Positions 60,847 to 64,000 of a stretch of 64,000 nucleotides of DNA are shown here, in pieces. The DNA is from an uncultured Candidatus Saccharibacteria bacterium. GTDB lineage: Bacteria > Patescibacteriota > Minisyncoccia > Phycocordibacterales > UBA918. Under the pieces are notes generated by a model. The model was not told the origin of the DNA. It did not search any database and worked only from the letters and a program-made list of their open reading frames with translations. Each line of letters starts with the position of its first letter. The first letter of the stretch is position 1. Location: NCBI GenBank assembly GCA_964425625.1, contig CAYRMI010000002.1, positions 62,858 to 126,857 on the forward strand, given 5' to 3'. The position numbers and the translations under genes were made by a program.

Positions 60847-62127
60847 ATGGCCAATATTCAATTGATTCTGCTGGCAATTTTGGTTGGATTAATAACAGCT
60901 GTCTCGTGTATCAGTTTTCACTGGCTGATTGAACTTTTCACCTACCTATTTTTTGGGGTAAGTGAAAAGGAAAACTTCATTACTACTGTAGAGGGACTTT
61001 CTGCCAGTATTAGAGTTCTCATACCAACCATGGGTGGATTTCTGGTGGGTTTGGTTTTTACTATACTTAAGGGAGTAGGAGCTACCGGTGAAGGTGTACC
61101 AGAAGTACTTAAAGCCGTGCTCTTTAATCAAAGCAAGATTAAGTTTTTGGTTGCTCCAGCTAAAATTGTTACTACGGCGATTACGCTTGGCTCTGGTGGT
61201 TCAGCCGGACGTGAAGGACCGATTGTACAAATTGGTTCGGCTATAGGGTCAACCATCGGACAGATTTTTAAACAAAATGAATCGACCACTCGTCTGCTAC
61301 TTGCAGCCGGTGCGGCCGCGGGTATTGGGGGTACTTTTGGTGCCCCGCTAGCGGGTGTGTTGTTTAGTCTAGAACTAATTTTTCGTCGCGCCACACCTAA
61401 GTTTGTCCTGATTATGATCCTTTCGGCCATAATCTCAGAGCAGGTGACTAGTCGGGTATTAGGATTTGAGGGTCTACGGCTCAGTTTACCAGAATCTTTC
61501 ACTGTTACTAGTGAGTTACTTTTTATTAGCTTATTTATAGGAATTATGTCAGGGCTCTTAGGAGTTTGCTTTGGCTATAGTATTCGCTTGTCTGAGTGGT
61601 CTTTTGGGGCGTTGAAGTTACCTCTGCTAGTGACAAGTACATTAGGTGGATTGATGATTGGTTTACTCGGTCTTTATTTTCCCTATATCCACGAACCAGC
61701 CACTTATCCATTAATGATTGACTTACTAACTGTCGGTAGCCTACCAATTATGTTGTTAGTTTGTTTACTTGTTGTAAAGATAATTGCGACTGCCATTACT
61801 CTTGGGTCAGGTGGTTCGGGCGGTATCTTAGCTCCATCAATTTTGTCTGGTTTGATTTTTGGTACTGTATTGTCTTCTTTAGTGATGATGACTGGATTAT
61901 TTACCACGACTGATAGTGTGGCTTTTGGTCTAATAGGAATGGCTGGCGTATTTGCTGGGGTGACTCATGCTCCCTTCACGGCTATCTTTCTTTTGTATGA
62001 AATAACTGGTGAACCAATGGTGATTCTTTTATTGACCCTAAGTACGTTACTAGCTTATTTTACTGCCAAGTATGTTCGTCCGGAAAGTGTCTATACCGAA
62101 CATATCACTAAACGACCGATTATCTAA
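60847..62127 (+). CDS. ClC-family chloride channel or antiporter (no CBS domains)
   Basis: GEGVPEV, GGSAGREGPIVQIG, GGSGGILAP, HAPFTA. Confidence 0.92.
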   Translation: MANIQLILLAILVGLITAVSCISFHWLIELFTYLFFGVSEKENFITTVEGLSASIRVLIPTMGGFLVGLVFTILKGVGATGEGVPEVLKAVLFNQSKIKFLVAPAKIVTTAITLGSGGSAGREGPIVQIGSAIGSTIGQIFKQNESTTRLLLAAGAAAGIGGTFGAPLAGVLFSLELIFRRATPKFVLIMILSAIISEQVTSRVLGFEGLRLSLPESFTVTSELLFISLFIGIMSGLLGVCFGYSIRLSEWSFGALKLPLLVTSTLGGLMIGLLGLYFPYIHEPATYPLMIDLLTVGSLPIMLLVCLLVVKIIATAITLGSGGSGGILAPSILSGLIFGTVLSSLVMMTGLFTTTDSVAFGLIGMAGVFAGVTHAPFTAIFLLYEITGEPMVILLLTLSTLLAYFTAKYVRPESVYTEHITKRPII

Positions 62128-62290
62128 CCCCGAGGCAGCGCTCGGAGTGTTATGTGACTAACTGGTATAAGTTTGGACCGTCTTTTTAGGGTACTAAACT
62201 ATTAAAATTATGACTATTTCCATATTCACTGAAAGCGATATGTTAAAATTATTTAGATAAAGTAGAGATTCTAATGGTACAATAGTTATT

Positions 62291-62461
62291 ATGGATGATA
62301 AATCTTTAAGAGATTTTAATATCTTACTTCAAGCAAAACCCGAATTGGCTCGACAGAATTTAATAAATGAAATGCGAGTTTTTTTGGAGACTTACCAAAA
62401 AGCACTACAAAAAAGAGAAATAGAATGGCTTGAAGAACAAGCTCTCTTAGAAAATGACTAA
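62291..62461 (+). CDS. 56-aa small helical protein (not in the ORF track)
   Basis: MDDKSLRDFNILLQAKPELARQNLINEMRVFLETYQKALQKREIEWLEEQALLEND*; TGGTACAAT upstream; ends 1 nt before the ATG at 62463. Confidence 0.55.
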   Translation: MDDKSLRDFNILLQAKPELARQNLINEMRVFLETYQKALQKREIEWLEEQALLEND

Positions 62462-62462
62462 T

Positions 62463-63929
62463 ATGGAAGGTTTAAACAAACAACACAAAGAAACAAAAAA
62501 ACCTGAATACGAAACTATTAATGATTCTTCAGATGCAACGTCTACTCATATAGGACAAACAGAAATAACTGAAGCCTCATACTTTGATTTAGTGGCGGAT
62601 GATCCGCTAATGTACGATTATAAGGTGGCAGATAAATCAGTTTTGTCTGAACCTGCCACCGGTTCTCTGGAGACGAATGTAATTTCAGTGGATGAAAAAA
62701 AAGAAGTAGATGAGACCGATACAGAACATATCGCCGAGTCTGAAATGATCGAGGGACTGGCGGAGACTTTAGAATCCGAAATAGTAAACATTGAGAAAGA
62801 GTTTCATTTGCCACCGGGAGAAGTAGATAAAGTGCGAGAAGAATTGGGGGTATCTAAAATTGTTTCTAGTATGCTAGAAAAATGGAAGAATCTTCTTCAT
62901 TATTCGGGGCTTCAAACTAAGAAATATCCCAAGACTAAAATTTCTGAAAGATATCATTCGGTAAGAGAATCTTTAAAAAACCGCGAAAGAGAAATAAGAC
63001 CTGAGGTTATTAGAGAGGCCCGCGAGGCGGCTACTAGGTTGTTTGAAGGAAGAGGACTCTTTTCGTTAACAAAGGAAGAATTCAATAATTACTTTATTTC
63101 AGACGAAGAATTTGATGCTGGACCACATTTGAAACAAGCTAATGTTGGTGACTGTTATTTAGTAGCTGCTATTCATGCACTGAGTCGATCCCCGAATTTT
63201 GAAACAATCTGTAGAGCCTCCATGTTACGCCAAAGTGACGGTAGTTGGGAAATTAGAATACCGCTGTTGGGTGATCAAAGTGATGTGATTAAGATTACTC
63301 AAGAAGAAATAAATTCTCAAACTAATGATAGATTCTTTAAGAAAAGCACGACCGGTGGTTCTCTTGACTTGCGTCATAAGCTATATTCACTTTCTGGGAA
63401 TGAAGGATTTAGAGCCTTAGAAGCGGCGTACATTAAGCATAAGTTTGGCAGTGTTGATCGCCTGGCTGCTGAAGGAGGATATGGTGAAGAGGTCCTGCTC
63501 CGATTAGGGGGTGATAACTTTGTTCATTACTCTATTCATTCAGCCACCTATGATCATAATGAAAAGATTATCGATTCTGGGCTACAATCAGTAACCGAGG
63601 AAAATCTTGCCTATTTGGATCATTATTTAGAGACTTTTGATTCTGAGACACATATAGCAACAGTAAACACAAATTATGGTGCTGGGAAGTTGGCCAACGT
63701 TTATCGAGTAGAAGGTACCTCAACTTTTCTAATACCTGGACATGCCTATTCACTTTCTGCAGTGGACATACAACGAAAGCTTGTCACCGTGGTAAATCCT
63801 TGGGATACTTCAAAATCAATAATCCTTAGTTTTGATCAGTTTAAAGAAAATTTTTCCTCATTGAGTGCTGTAAGAATTAACAACGCTAAGTTGTTGGCGC
63901 GAATGACAAAAGAAGGTGATATGTTATAA
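62463..63929 (+). CDS. calpain-like (C2) cysteine protease with acidic N-terminal region
   Basis: LKQANVGDCYLVAAI (Cys), LEAAY, GHAYSL (His), VVNPWD (Asn). Confidence 0.82.
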   Translation: MEGLNKQHKETKKPEYETINDSSDATSTHIGQTEITEASYFDLVADDPLMYDYKVADKSVLSEPATGSLETNVISVDEKKEVDETDTEHIAESEMIEGLAETLESEIVNIEKEFHLPPGEVDKVREELGVSKIVSSMLEKWKNLLHYSGLQTKKYPKTKISERYHSVRESLKNREREIRPEVIREAREAATRLFEGRGLFSLTKEEFNNYFISDEEFDAGPHLKQANVGDCYLVAAIHALSRSPNFETICRASMLRQSDGSWEIRIPLLGDQSDVIKITQEEINSQTNDRFFKKSTTGGSLDLRHKLYSLSGNEGFRALEAAYIKHKFGSVDRLAAEGGYGEEVLLRLGGDNFVHYSIHSATYDHNEKIIDSGLQSVTEENLAYLDHYLETFDSETHIATVNTNYGAGKLANVYRVEGTSTFLIPGHAYSLSAVDIQRKLVTVVNPWDTSKSIILSFDQFKENFSSLSAVRINNAKLLARMTKEGDML

Positions 63930-63932
63930 ATT

Positions 63933-64000
63933 ATGAATATGCATAATATGGAACAACCAAGTATGGAGACTGGACCACATAACTTAGCTAGGCGGTTTGA
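63933..64000 (+). CDS. start of a 3'-truncated hypothetical gene
   Basis: ATG 3 nt after the calpain stop; open to the window end. Confidence 0.4.
   Translation, partial: MNMHNMEQPSMETGPHNLARRF

Overview
Gene-dense bacterial chromosome segment using genetic code 11 (TGA is used as a stop). Gene content and style suggest Patescibacteria/CPR, Parcubacteria-like (inference): a compact F1Fo operon with short delta and epsilon, class I aldolase, a GT4/GH57/GH15 glycogen cluster, a NqrB/RnfD-like + FMN-binding + ApbE flavinylation module, and mostly SD-less, short-leader genes. Housekeeping genes include hisS, prmC, rpmG, truB, a DEAD-box helicase, a UvrD-nuclease fusion, ung, mutM, uppP, nhaD and atpBEFHAGDC. 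I saw no rRNA, tRNA, CRISPR array, integrase or transposase. Best leads: (1) a five-gene cluster at 41.3-47.3 kb encoding secreted proteins built from a shared N/T/G-rich TGxN...TGDA repeat, plus an L,D-transpeptidase and a C39 peptidase, a candidate cell-wall-anchored fibre or functional amyloid system; (2) a GC-rich three-gene operon led by a short J-domain protein with the AtcJ PX7W motif; (3) a dispersed class of orphan or degenerate genes that carry canonical Shine-Dalgarno sites, whereas core genes mostly do not; (4) two ~125-bp covarying palindromic elements inside the atp operon; (5) a cellulose-synthase-like GT2 paired with a GH18 chitinase-like protein. All assignments come from reading motifs by eye; no database searches were run.
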